NCBI GenBank assembly: GCA_038736355.1
Contig: JAVYML010000003.1
Coordinates: forward strand, 22,093-86,092
Source of the DNA: Candidatus Hadarchaeales archaeon
GTDB lineage: Archaea > Hadarchaeota > Hadarchaeia > Hadarchaeales > WYZ-LMO6
DNA: 64,000 bases
Direction: 5' to 3'
Notes under the pieces: generated by a model
Seen by the model: only the letters and a program-made list of their open reading frames with translations
What the model was told of the DNA's origin: nothing
The model's database searches: none
In this document: in pieces, positions 11,001 to 19,660 of the stretch
Numbering within the stretch: the first letter of the stretch is position 1
Layout of the letters: each line of letters starts with the position of its first letter
Position numbers and translations under genes: made by a program

Positions 11001-13933
11001 GGGCCTTTGCGGAGGTGGCGGCCGGGGCGGCGCTCCTTCTCTCCCTCCTTCTCCTTTCCCCGCTCAGTGCCCTCACTTTCACGGACACCATCAACGCCGA
11101 TTTCGCCCAGGGAATCCACGAGAACACGGAGAACGTGAACGACGACCTCAGGCTCAAGGTAGGCTACCTGCAGGGCAGGTTCACCTCAAGGGTCTTCGAC
11201 GCGGGGCAGTTACAAGTCTGGGATACCCTTTCCTGGAATGCCACCCTTCCCACCCTCATGGTGAGCGTGGAGAACGACAACGTGGGGGCGGAGCCCACCA
11301 CGCTGGTGGACGGGACCGTCAGGATGGGGAGGATTACGGGGGGCTCCCTCTTGGACACCCGTACGGCGAACGGGGTTTACGAAAATATAACGGAGGAGGC
11401 GGGAGCCCCCTACGGGGGGATGGTGAACCTCATTCTCTTCTGGGATGGAGCCTCCATCCCCTCCGGCTGGACCTGCATCTCCGATGATGCGGGGGAACCC
11501 TTTTACTACAGGTTTCCCATGGGGGGATCTACCTACGGGAGCACGGGAGGAACGGAGACCCACACCCACTCCAGCACCTCCTCCTGCGGGGGTCCCTCCG
11601 CCACCCTCCAGAGGAACTCGGGAAGTGCCGTGACCACCGCCACCAGTACCCACACCCACACTCCGACCGTCACCGTTGCCACCGAAAATCATCTCCCCCC
11701 CTACTACGACCTGAAGGTGATCAGGTACAACTCCGGGATTCCCTCCATCCTGCCGGCGGGCGTGATAGCCCTTTTCCCCTCCACCTCCCTCCCCCCGGGC
11801 TGGTCCCTCTACACGGCGGCGGATAACCGCTTCCTCAGGGGGGCCCCTTCGGCAGGGGGTATGGGGGGAAACCCCACCCACACCCATAGCGTGAGCGTGA
11901 GCACTGGGGGCCCCTCCTCTACGGTCGGGCTGGCCACGGACCCCTGTGATGACTCCACCGCTTATCCCACCAGCACCCACACCCACACCGGGTCGGGTAC
12001 CACCTCGTCCGCCACCAACCTTCCACCCTACATAACGGTGGTCCTGGGCAAGGCCGGCTCCGACACCCCTATACCCGGGGGGATGATAGGGATGTTCGAC
12101 GGCATTCCAAGCGGTAACTGGACGGTTCTCCCATCCTTCAACGGGAGGTTCCCGATGGAGAACCTCACCGCCGGATACGGGGTCACGGGAGGGAGCTCCA
12201 CCCACAACCATTCCGACCTGAGTATTACCACCGGGACGGGTGCCACCGCTTCGGCCAACCTGGATGCGGGAACCGCCGTCACCTTCGCCAGCGGTACCCA
12301 CACCCACACCGTCACGGTTTCCTTCACCGAGAGCTCCCACCTTCCCCCTTACGTCACGGTGATCTTCGCCCAGGCCACCTGCGGGCTCCGCTGGCAGCAG
12401 AACATAGAGAATGTTACGACGGGCTACTCCAACTACCAGCTGCAGGTGAAGGGTAAGACGAGCGGTGATTCCGAAAATGTGAGGGTATACGTGTGGAAGA
12501 GCGGCGAAAACTCCTGGGAGTACGTGGGGGACCTCACGGGAACTGAAACGACCCTCACTAAGAACATCCCAGCTTCGGAGCTTTCCTCCTACCTGAGCGG
12601 GACCAGCCTGCTGGTCAAGTACGAGTCGGCAGACAACACAGATCTCTCCCCCACCACCCTTCATGTGGACCTCTGCATACTGGTGGAGGGTGTGCTTTAC
12701 CAGAGCTACGTGAAGTTCAGGGTTAAGGTAAGTGCCGATGGCTCAACATGGAGTGAGGAGCTTGGTCCAGACGGCACCCCCAACACCTTCTTCACTTCCT
12801 CCCCCGCCAACCTGGATACCATTCCGGAAAACCGGTACATCCGCTACGTGGCGTACCTCTCCAGTGAGCATTCCCAGCTCACGGGTGCCAACGGTCCAAA
12901 GGTACACGATGTGACCATCACCTCCCTCACCGCCGGACAGGCCAACGTGTTCACCATGGAGGCCGAGAACGTGGGGTGGGAGAGTGCCACCCTCACCGCC
13001 AGGCTCCTCTACGTGGATCCAACTGCGGTGGTGAGGTTCCAGTACATGCCGGAGGGTGGCACTTGGGTGAGCACCCCCTGGAAAAGCTGGCAGGGAAGCT
13101 GGTACTGGTATCCACTCACGGGCCTGCAGGAGAACAAGAAGTACTACTTCCAGGCGCAGGTGAGATACGGCGGACAGGTCTATGGGGGTGGAATCAGAAC
13201 CTTCAAAACCCTCTCCAGCAAGCCCTATGCCATCACCCTGAAGGCCACGGAGGTGGACAACTCCTCCGCCGTGCTCAACGCCAGGATTTACTACGCCAAC
13301 TACGACAGCGTGAGCATAAGGTTCTGGTACCAGAAGGATGGGGTCTGGACGGCCACCCCTCTCGTTTCCGGCTACAGGGGCACCACCTACAGCTACAGGG
13401 TCACGGGCCTTACCGCGAACACGCTCTACTACTTCAAGGCCGAAATCACCTACGATTCCACGTCCGAGAACGCCAACGTGGAGACCTTCACCACCTTCTC
13501 CTCCAAGACCACCGGCATGGCCTACGATGGTGGTATGGGCTTTGGTTCCTACCCTTCGGGCTGGCATGGGGTAAGGATGACCCCGCCTTCCGGTACGACG
13601 GGTCTGAAACTGGAGCTCCTCACCTCTTCATCCTTCTCCGCCCATCACACCCTTCGGGTGGTGAGGGACAACGGGGAGCTGCTTTACGCGGGCCACGTCC
13701 TCTCCGACAACGGGAGGAGCAAGGTGGTGAGCGTGAGGTTCTGGAAGAGCACGGCTGGGGAGAGCGTGTACGTGGAGCTTTACGATCCCTACGGTTTCGC
13801 CTACAGGACCAAGGGCACCAAGGCCTCCCTAGGAGGGGCCACATACGCCTATTCCTATCTGGACCGTGCCGGAAAGAACCTGAAGTACTACGACAGGGCT
13901 TGCGGCGTGAACGTGCTAGAGATTTACACGTGA
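10994..13933 (+). CDS. Large secreted protein (979 aa) with signal peptide, three tandem phage tail-collar-like repeats carrying six HxH motifs, then FN3-like beta-sandwich domains
   Basis: N-terminus VRAFAEVAAGAALLLSLLLLSPLSALT is a signal peptide. Three ~100-aa repeats run from aa ~143 to ~456. Each has a PxGW core, a first HxH (THTHS / THNHS), a second THTHT about 40 residues later, and a closing (N/H)LPPY(Y/I/V)(D/T)(L/V)(K/V)(V/I)I. The C-terminal half has FN3-like endings (YYFQAQVRYGG...IRTFKT and YYFKAEITYD...VETFTT). The start is TTG/GTG at 10994/10997; no ATG is in frame. Confidence 0.8.
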   Translation: MVRAFAEVAAGAALLLSLLLLSPLSALTFTDTINADFAQGIHENTENVNDDLRLKVGYLQGRFTSRVFDAGQLQVWDTLSWNATLPTLMVSVENDNVGAEPTTLVDGTVRMGRITGGSLLDTRTANGVYENITEEAGAPYGGMVNLILFWDGASIPSGWTCISDDAGEPFYYRFPMGGSTYGSTGGTETHTHSSTSSCGGPSATLQRNSGSAVTTATSTHTHTPTVTVATENHLPPYYDLKVIRYNSGIPSILPAGVIALFPSTSLPPGWSLYTAADNRFLRGAPSAGGMGGNPTHTHSVSVSTGGPSSTVGLATDPCDDSTAYPTSTHTHTGSGTTSSATNLPPYITVVLGKAGSDTPIPGGMIGMFDGIPSGNWTVLPSFNGRFPMENLTAGYGVTGGSSTHNHSDLSITTGTGATASANLDAGTAVTFASGTHTHTVTVSFTESSHLPPYVTVIFAQATCGLRWQQNIENVTTGYSNYQLQVKGKTSGDSENVRVYVWKSGENSWEYVGDLTGTETTLTKNIPASELSSYLSGTSLLVKYESADNTDLSPTTLHVDLCILVEGVLYQSYVKFRVKVSADGSTWSEELGPDGTPNTFFTSSPANLDTIPENRYIRYVAYLSSEHSQLTGANGPKVHDVTITSLTAGQANVFTMEAENVGWESATLTARLLYVDPTAVVRFQYMPEGGTWVSTPWKSWQGSWYWYPLTGLQENKKYYFQAQVRYGGQVYGGGIRTFKTLSSKPYAITLKATEVDNSSAVLNARIYYANYDSVSIRFWYQKDGVWTATPLVSGYRGTTYSYRVTGLTANTLYYFKAEITYDSTSENANVETFTTFSSKTTGMAYDGGMGFGSYPSGWHGVRMTPPSGTTGLKLELLTSSSFSAHHTLRVVRDNGELLYAGHVLSDNGRSKVVSVRFWKSTAGESVYVELYDPYGFAYRTKGTKASLGGATYAYSYLDRAGKNLKYYDRACGVNVLEIYT

Positions 13934-14029
13934 TGGGGCCAGGGCCGGGAGCTCCGCCGGTCTTACCGGATTCGAACCCGGGTCACGGGATCCACAGTCC
14001 CGGATGCTGACCGCTACACCACCCTGGCC
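13934..14029 (-). tRNA. tRNA-His (anticodon GUG) with encoded G-1 and CCA, and a probable ~20-nt non-canonical intron in the T-arm
   Basis: Reverse complement is G-GCCAGGG-TG-GTGTAGCGGTCAGCAT-CGGGA-CTGTGGA-TCCCG-TGAC-CCGGG-TTCGAAT-CC[GGTAAGACCGGCGGAGCTCC]CGG-CCCTGGC-C-CCA. A canonical T-stem forms only if the bracketed ~20 nt are spliced out. Confidence 0.75.
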
Positions 14030-14090
14030 ATTTTTCTGGGAAAAGATGAGGTAAAAAAGGATGGGATTGACGCGGGTTCTAAAAGTGGTG

Positions 14091-16043
14091 TTACCCACTC
14101 CTCTTCCCTTCAACCAGTTTCCGCAGGGTCTCCACGGCTTCCGGATTGAGGAGGGTAGAAGTATCACCCACGGGAGCGTTAACGAGGAGGGCTTTTAAGA
14201 TCCTGCGCATGATCTTTCCGCTCCTTGTCCTTGGGAGGTCGGGAGCGAAGACGATCTCTTCGGGGGTGGCTATGGGCCCTATTTTCTCCCTCACTAGGGC
14301 CCTGAGTTCTTCCTCCAGCTCCTTCGAGGGAGCCCTACCTTCTTTCAAGACCACATAGGCTACGGGAACTTCACCCTTTAGGTCGTGTGGCTTGGGCACC
14401 ACCGCGCTCTCCACCACGAAGGGATGGGTATTGAGCACATCCTCCATCTCCGCGGTGGAGAGACGATGTCCTGCCACCTTCATCACATCGTCCACCCTGC
14501 CCGTCACCCTGATGCATCCGTAAAGGGTTCTGATGGCCCCGTCGGAAGGGAAGTAATAGCGATAGTTGTACTTCAGCCAGTAAGTTTCCCTATACTTTTC
14601 ATCCGCCTTATAAAGACCCCTGAGCATGGCTGGGGCCAGGGGAGGTACTTGCACCAGATATCCCGAGTCCGTCGGATTTCCTTCCTCGTCCACGATTTCC
14701 ATGTGTACGCCGGGGAAGGGTCTTCCCGCCACCGTGGGGATGAAGGGCCCTATTCCTGGGAGGGACATGATCAGGGTTCCACCGGTCTCCGTTTGCCACC
14801 AGGTGTCCGTGATGGGGCATCTCCCTCCCCCTATTTTGTAGAAGTACCAAAGCCAAGTCTCCCTATCTATGGGTTCTCCCACGGTTCCAAGCAACCTGAG
14901 GGAGCTGAGATCGTGCTTCTTCACCCACTCCTCCCCCCACCTAGCGAACATCCTGATGGCGGTGGGGGCGGTATAGAAGATGGTGACCTTGAATTTCTCT
15001 ATGATTTCCCAGAAGCGGTCGGGGGCTGGGTAATCGGGAGCCCCCTCGTAGATGAGAAGGGTGGCACCGTTCAGGAGGGGACCATAGCATGCGTAGGTAT
15101 GTCCCGTTACCCATCCTATGTCAGCAGTGCACCAGAAGAGATCGTCATCGTGGAGGTCGAATACCCACTTGGAGGTCCAGTAAGCTTGGGTGAGGTAACC
15201 ACCCGTGGTATGGATTACACCTTTCGGCCTTCCCGTGGTACCGCTGGTGTAGAGGAGGAAGAGCATGTCTTCGCTGTCCATGTGCTCTGGAGGACACCAG
15301 GGATCGGCTTCTTCCATCAGTTCGTGCCACCACAAGTCCCTCCCCTTTTCCATTTTCACTTCGTTCCCCGCCCTCCTCACCACCACCACCTTCTCCACAC
15401 TGGTTCCCTTGATGGCTTCGTCTGCATTGGCCTTGAGGTCCACCACTTTCCCCCTCCTGTAGTAGCCATCGCAGGTGATCAGTACTTTAGCTTCCGAATC
15501 TTCCAGTCTAACCCTCAGGGCCTCGGGGGCAAAGGCGGAGAAGACTACCGTGTGTGGAGCTCCTATCCTGGAGCAAGCAAGGATGGCCGGATAGAGTTCG
15601 GGAATCATCGGGAGATAGATTCCCACCCTGTCCCCCTTCTTCACCCCCAGACTCTTCAAAACGTTGGCAAACTTATTGACTTGGAGGAAAAGTTCGTTGT
15701 AGGTAAGTACCCTTGGTTTTTCATGGGGTGGCTCGGGAACCCACACCACCGCCCTTTTGTTTCCCTTTCCTGCCTTTACGTGCCTGTCCACCGCGTTGTA
15801 GCTGGCGTTGATCTTTCCTCCTATGAACCACTTCACGTAGGGAGGGTTCCACTCGTGGGCTTTCTCCCAGCGTTTAAACCATTCCAGTCCCTCGGCCGCC
15901 AGTTTTTCCCAGAAGGCTACCCTATCTTTGGCGGCCTCCTCGTAAATGTTGGGATCACTCACCCAGGCCTTCTTCTTCATCTCCTCGGAAGGCCACCAGA
16001 CGTTTTTCTCCTTCGGATCCTCTACTACCCATTGAGTCGGCAT
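14091..16043 (-). CDS. acs: Acetyl-CoA synthetase (AMP-forming)
   Basis: 650 aa with the ACS N-terminal domain (WWPSEEMKKKAWVSDPNIYEEAAKD...), AMP-binding motifs YTSGTTGRPKGV and TGD, and a C-terminal PDLPRTRSGKIMRR. Confidence 0.93.
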   Translation of the reverse strand: MPTQWVVEDPKEKNVWWPSEEMKKKAWVSDPNIYEEAAKDRVAFWEKLAAEGLEWFKRWEKAHEWNPPYVKWFIGGKINASYNAVDRHVKAGKGNKRAVVWVPEPPHEKPRVLTYNELFLQVNKFANVLKSLGVKKGDRVGIYLPMIPELYPAILACSRIGAPHTVVFSAFAPEALRVRLEDSEAKVLITCDGYYRRGKVVDLKANADEAIKGTSVEKVVVVRRAGNEVKMEKGRDLWWHELMEEADPWCPPEHMDSEDMLFLLYTSGTTGRPKGVIHTTGGYLTQAYWTSKWVFDLHDDDLFWCTADIGWVTGHTYACYGPLLNGATLLIYEGAPDYPAPDRFWEIIEKFKVTIFYTAPTAIRMFARWGEEWVKKHDLSSLRLLGTVGEPIDRETWLWYFYKIGGGRCPITDTWWQTETGGTLIMSLPGIGPFIPTVAGRPFPGVHMEIVDEEGNPTDSGYLVQVPPLAPAMLRGLYKADEKYRETYWLKYNYRYYFPSDGAIRTLYGCIRVTGRVDDVMKVAGHRLSTAEMEDVLNTHPFVVESAVVPKPHDLKGEVPVAYVVLKEGRAPSKELEEELRALVREKIGPIATPEEIVFAPDLPRTRSGKIMRRILKALLVNAPVGDTSTLLNPEAVETLRKLVEGKRSG

Positions 16044-16104
16044 TTTATCTTATTCCTCGAGTGAACTCCTTTAAAAGGATTGCTGAGTGCCCGGAGGGAT
16101 ATAT

Positions 16105-16435
16105 GTAAGATATATTACTGCGGGAAGAAAGAAGAATGGTGCCGGCGAGCTGGTGGGCAGCTGCCGGGCGGTAACGCCTGAGGAAATTCCACCCCTCAAG
16201 CGGGTACCGCGAGTCCGTGAGGACTGGGCCGAGAGGCCCGACCCTGGCACAGAAACGATACCCGCCGGCTTCTCGAGGAGGATGAGGCGGAAACGCTGAG
16301 AGGGGGTCGGGGGATGAAACGGCCATTCCGCGGGAGGCAAGGGCAAAAGACCGTCTATGAGCACCCGCTCGAGACGGGTGGTAGCCCGCTAAGCCCAATG
16401 CTGCCTAGAACAGAAGGTGGATTACGGCCAGGACG
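16105..16435 (+). ncRNA. rnpB: Candidate RNase P RNA (archaeal type A-like)
   Basis: A ~430-nt GC-rich gap between acs and rps26e has no credible ORF. It contains motifs resembling conserved RNase P RNA regions: GGGCGGTAACGCCTGAGG (P10/11-like GGUAACGCC), GGCACAGAAACGATACCCGCCGG (like ACAGAAAACAAACCGCCGG), GGCAAGGGCAAAAGACCG (like CAAGGCCAAAUAGGG), and GCCTAGAACAGAAGGTGGATTACGGCC (like CUAGAUAGAUGAUCGCC). A clean CR-I (GGAAAGUCCGGGCUCC) is not obvious and the ends are approximate. Confidence 0.5.
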
Positions 16436-16473
16436 CCGGCACTCCATCACCCTTTTATCCCGTAGACGGGAGG

Positions 16474-16704
16474 ATGAGATGTATGGGAAAGAAGTGGGGT
16501 CATTACGCCATCGGTGGAAGGAGCCAGCCGGTGCCCTGTGTTTACTGCGGGCGTCTAACTCCCAGAATAAAGGCTATCCCCGTGCAAAAGGGTTCTTGGT
16601 TGGATCCCAAAGCCATTCCAGGTCTGGATCGCAGAAAAGTCTTCATCCCCTCTAGAAAGGCTTATGCATGCATTTCCTGTGCCAAGCACAGGGGAATCCT
16701 GTGA
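16474..16704 (+). CDS. rps26e: Ribosomal protein S26e
   Basis: VPCVYCGRLTPRIKAIPV...AYACISCAKH matches the S26e zinc-ribbon pattern (C..C....PKDKAI...Y.CVSCAIH). The start is chosen at the ATG after GGAGG; the ATG at 16483 is an alternative. Confidence 0.75.
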   Translation: MRCMGKKWGHYAIGGRSQPVPCVYCGRLTPRIKAIPVQKGSWLDPKAIPGLDRRKVFIPSRKAYACISCAKHRGIL

Positions 16705-16851
16705 TCAGGCCCTCCTCTCCTTGGCCTTGGGCCTCAGTCCGGTGTAGCCACACTTCCTACACTTGGTAGCTCTCCAAGCATTGTGGGCATTGCATTTCAT
16801 GCAGATCTTCACGTTGAAGAGCCTCCTCTCGGCAACTTCGAACCTCGCCAT
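16705..16851 (-). CDS. rpl40e: Ribosomal protein L40e (48 aa; absent from the ORF track because it is under 60 aa)
   Basis: Reverse complement translates to [48 protein letters not shown], the archaeal L40e C4 zinc-ribbon protein. The start lies 1 nt after the upstream nnr stop. Confidence 0.88.
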   Translation of the reverse strand: MARFEVAERRLFNVKICMKCNAHNAWRATKCRKCGYTGLRPKAKERRA

Positions 16852-16852
16852 C

Positions 16853-17725
16853 CTATCCCTCCTTCAGGGTCTTGAATACTAAGGGTAGCTTATCTATTAA
16901 ATCTGAGGCGGTGAAGCCGTAACCCTTTTCCCTAAGGCAGAGATCGCCCGCCGCCCCGTTCACGTAGGCCCCCGCCCAGGCCGCTTCAAAGGGGCTCAGC
17001 CCTTGGGCCATCAGCCCACCCACCACCCCAGAGAGGACATCCCCCGTCCCCCCCACCGTCATGCCAGGATTTCCCGTCCGGTTGAGGAAGACTTTCCCCT
17101 CTGGGGAAGAGATAAAGTCTATCCTTCCCTTGAGCAGGATCACGCAGCCCAGTCTTCTGGCTTCCTCCCCTACCGTCTTCGCTCTCCCTTCCAGATCTTT
17201 TGGTACTTCTCTTTCCGTGACCGCCTTGAACTCTCCAGCGTGGGGGGTGAGCACCACCTTCATTCCCCTCCACTCCTTTCCCCTCACGGCTTTGAGGGCG
17301 TCGGCATCCAAGAGAACGGGGAGATCGGGATGTTCTCTCCGTACCTCCTCCAAGAGGGAGAGGACGGCTTTCCTTGTTTCCTCCAACCCCCCCAATCCCG
17401 GCCCCAAGATGAGGGTATCGCACTTCTCCAGCTCCGGGAAGAGGTGGGGAAGGGCTTCTGGGGTCAAATCCTCGCAGGGGAGTTTCACGGTGATGAGATC
17501 GGGAGAGAAGGTGTTGATGAGTTTGGCCGTTTCCCTTGGAGAGGCCACGGTAGCCAAGTCCACCCCGGATCTGAGGGCGGAAAGGGCGGCTAGGGCCGGA
17601 GCACCCACGTACCTCGAGCTTCCCCCCACCACCAAAACCCTCCCGTTTTCCCCCTTGTGCGAATCGGGTCTTCTGTGGGGGAGTACCTTTCTGACCATGG
17701 CTTTGGTTACGTATTTCAAGACCAT
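16853..17725 (-). CDS. nnr: ADP-dependent NAD(P)H-hydrate dehydratase (YjeF C-terminal / Nnr family)
   Basis: [33 protein letters not shown]...VLTPHAGEF...GGTGDVLSG are carbohydrate-kinase-like Nnr motifs. Confidence 0.85.
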   Translation of the reverse strand: MVLKYVTKAMVRKVLPHRRPDSHKGENGRVLVVGGSSRYVGAPALAALSALRSGVDLATVASPRETAKLINTFSPDLITVKLPCEDLTPEALPHLFPELEKCDTLILGPGLGGLEETRKAVLSLLEEVRREHPDLPVLLDADALKAVRGKEWRGMKVVLTPHAGEFKAVTEREVPKDLEGRAKTVGEEARRLGCVILLKGRIDFISSPEGKVFLNRTGNPGMTVGGTGDVLSGVVGGLMAQGLSPFEAAWAGAYVNGAAGDLCLREKGYGFTASDLIDKLPLVFKTLKEG

Positions 17726-17820
17726 CCTTCCTTCTCTCCGTTGGACAGAATATAACTTCGTAAAGGATTAAATACCGCGGAAGGGAAGAAAAGGGGTAAA
17801 AAAGAAAAAGGAGGGATGGA

Positions 17821-19029
17821 ATGGATTTTGAACTGACCGAGGAACAGCGGATGTTCAAGGAAACCCTGAGGGAGTTCTTGAACAAGGAATTTCCTGAGTC
17901 CTATGTGAACAAGAGGGATGCCCAGGGACCGCTCACCAGGGAGGAAGCGATACAGATCATGAAGAAGTTCAAGAGCATAGGAATAGGTCTCGATCCGGAG
18001 AACATCAGAATGATGATGGATCCAATGATTTTCTGTATCTTCGCTGAGGAAGTGGGAAGGGTCTGGCCCAGCCTTCTACCCCTCTTTGGGATGGGGGCCA
18101 TTCCCGCCCTTTTCGCTCCCTTTGCCGATGAGGACGTGAAGGACAGGATCCTGAGGAGGATGGAGAGATGCGAGTTCATAGGATGCTTCGCCGAAACTGA
18201 GCCTGAAGCGGGTTGCGACACCTCCAACATAAAGACCACTGCTAAGCTGGAGGGCGATCATTACGTCATCAACGGAAGGAAGACTTGGATAAGCAATGCA
18301 CCCATCGCCGACACCGCCTGGGTGGGAGCCAAAGACCTGGAGACGGGGGCGGAGACTTTCTTCCTCGTGGAAAAAGAAATTTCGGGCTGGGAGACGAACG
18401 AACTCCACAAGATAGGGTGGAAGGCCTCCCCGACCGGGGAGATGTTCTTCGACAACTGCAAGGTGCCCAAGAACAACGAGATGATGGTGCTGGTGCAGAG
18501 GGCCTTCGAACAGGGAGGACTCCCCGTATCCGAGGGCTACATGAAGCTCTTGACCTCCGTTTCCCCCGTCACGGCCATGCTCACCATGCCCAGAGCGGGG
18601 ATGTGCCTGATGTCGGTGGGGATAGCGGAAGCCGCTTTCGAGAAGGCCGTGGAATATGCCAAGGTGCGTGTACAATTCGGGAAGCCCATCGGTAAGTTCC
18701 AACTGATTCAGGAGATGCTCTACAAGATGAACGTACTGATAGAGACGGCTAGGTTGCTGGGATACAGGGCAGTATACGCCATCACCAAGGGAGATCCGGA
18801 TGCCAGGAGGCTCTCCGCCATGGCGAAAGCATATGGTGGAGAGGCAGCGGTGAAGGTAACCTACATGGCCATGCAGATCTTCGGGGGACTGGGACTTTCT
18901 GAGGAGATGCCCTTGGAGAGGTACTTCCGTGATGCTAGGATGCAGACGGTCCCAGATGGAACCACCGAGATCATGAAGCTGATCACGGGATACTCCATCC
19001 TAGGAAAGGGCTTTTCTGCCTACGCCTGA
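17821..19029 (+). CDS. Acyl-CoA dehydrogenase
   Basis: N-terminal FELTEEQRMFKETLREFL, middle CFAETEPEAGCDTSNIKTTA, C-terminal QIFGGLGLSEEMPLERYFRDARM. Confidence 0.88.
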   Translation: MDFELTEEQRMFKETLREFLNKEFPESYVNKRDAQGPLTREEAIQIMKKFKSIGIGLDPENIRMMMDPMIFCIFAEEVGRVWPSLLPLFGMGAIPALFAPFADEDVKDRILRRMERCEFIGCFAETEPEAGCDTSNIKTTAKLEGDHYVINGRKTWISNAPIADTAWVGAKDLETGAETFFLVEKEISGWETNELHKIGWKASPTGEMFFDNCKVPKNNEMMVLVQRAFEQGGLPVSEGYMKLLTSVSPVTAMLTMPRAGMCLMSVGIAEAAFEKAVEYAKVRVQFGKPIGKFQLIQEMLYKMNVLIETARLLGYRAVYAITKGDPDARRLSAMAKAYGGEAAVKVTYMAMQIFGGLGLSEEMPLERYFRDARMQTVPDGTTEIMKLITGYSILGKGFSAYA

Positions 19030-19035
19030 AACATC

Positions 19036-19052
19036 TTATTTTTTTTCTTCCC
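19036..19052 (+). terminator. Oligo-T tract, candidate archaeal intrinsic terminator after the acyl-CoA dehydrogenase gene
   Basis: CTTATTTTTTTTCTTCCCC lies immediately downstream of the stop at 19029. Archaeal termination commonly occurs at T-runs. Confidence 0.3.
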
Positions 19053-19073
19053 CTGTTTTCCCCCCTCGAGGTA

Positions 19074-19119
19074 GCAAAAGTTAAATAAGCAAAGGGCGGT
19101 ATAAGTTGTAAATTTTTTG
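19074..19119 (+). promoter_or_regulatory. Putative BRE/TATA promoter elements upstream of the por operon
   Basis: AAAAGTTAAATAAGC (19076-19090) and GGTATAAGTTG (19099-19109) are A/T-rich TATA-like boxes 25-55 nt upstream of the porG GTG at 19133. The second would suit a leaderless transcript. Confidence 0.35.
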
Positions 19120-19132
19120 GCCTGGGGAAAAA

Positions 19133-19660
19133 GTGATCGAAATAAGGTTCCACGGGAGGGGTGGACAGGGGGCTGTTACGGCGGCCCGCATGTTAGCGGA
19201 AGCCGCCTTTTTAGAAGGTAAATATGCTCAGGCCTTTCCCTTCTTCGGGGCGGAGAGAAGGGGAGCACCCGTGGTTTCCTTCGCGAGGATCGATACCAAA
19301 CCCGTGAGGATAAGGAGTCAGATCTATGAGCCGGATCACGTGGTGGTGCTCGATAGCACCCTGCTCAAGACCGTCAACGTCACGGAGGGTCTAAAGCCAG
19401 GAGGTCTCTTGGTTGTGAACGCCAAGCAAAATCCGAAGCTGAGTGCTGGGAGGACGGTTTGGGTGGATGCCACCTCCATAGCAGTGGAGGAAATAGGGGC
19501 GCCCATTACCAACATGGCCATGCTGGGAGCCTATGTGAGGGCTTCGGGGGAAGTGAGCTTGGAGTCGGTTCTTACCGTGGTGGGAAGGTACTTCAAGGGA
19601 AAGCTGGGGGAGAGGAACCTGAGGGCCATAAGGAGGGCCTACGAGGAGGCGAGGGAATGA
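19133..19660 (+). CDS. porG: Pyruvate/2-oxoacid:ferredoxin oxidoreductase gamma subunit
   Basis: GTG start. [47 protein letters not shown] is the canonical POR gamma N-terminus. Confidence 0.88.

Noticed and set aside
11210-12664. 484-aa ORF on the minus strand
   Set aside because: It lies entirely antisense to the 979-aa secreted-protein gene. Its composition is Gly/Arg/Pro-rich, typical of spurious GC-rich antisense frames, and it has no recognisable motifs.
14385-16064. 559-aa ORF on the plus strand
   Set aside because: It lies antisense to acetyl-CoA synthetase, whose sense frame has unmistakable ACS motifs, so it is a spurious long antisense ORF.
16045-16398. 117-aa minus ORF and the 16314..16655 plus ORF
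   Set aside because: They overlap the region that carries RNase P RNA-like motifs. They show no codon-usage periodicity and are more plausibly a structured RNA.
16986-17885. 299-aa minus-strand ORF and the 17003..17593 / 17061..17771 plus ORFs
   Set aside because: They are alternative or antisense frames over the nnr gene. The nnr frame carries the family motifs.
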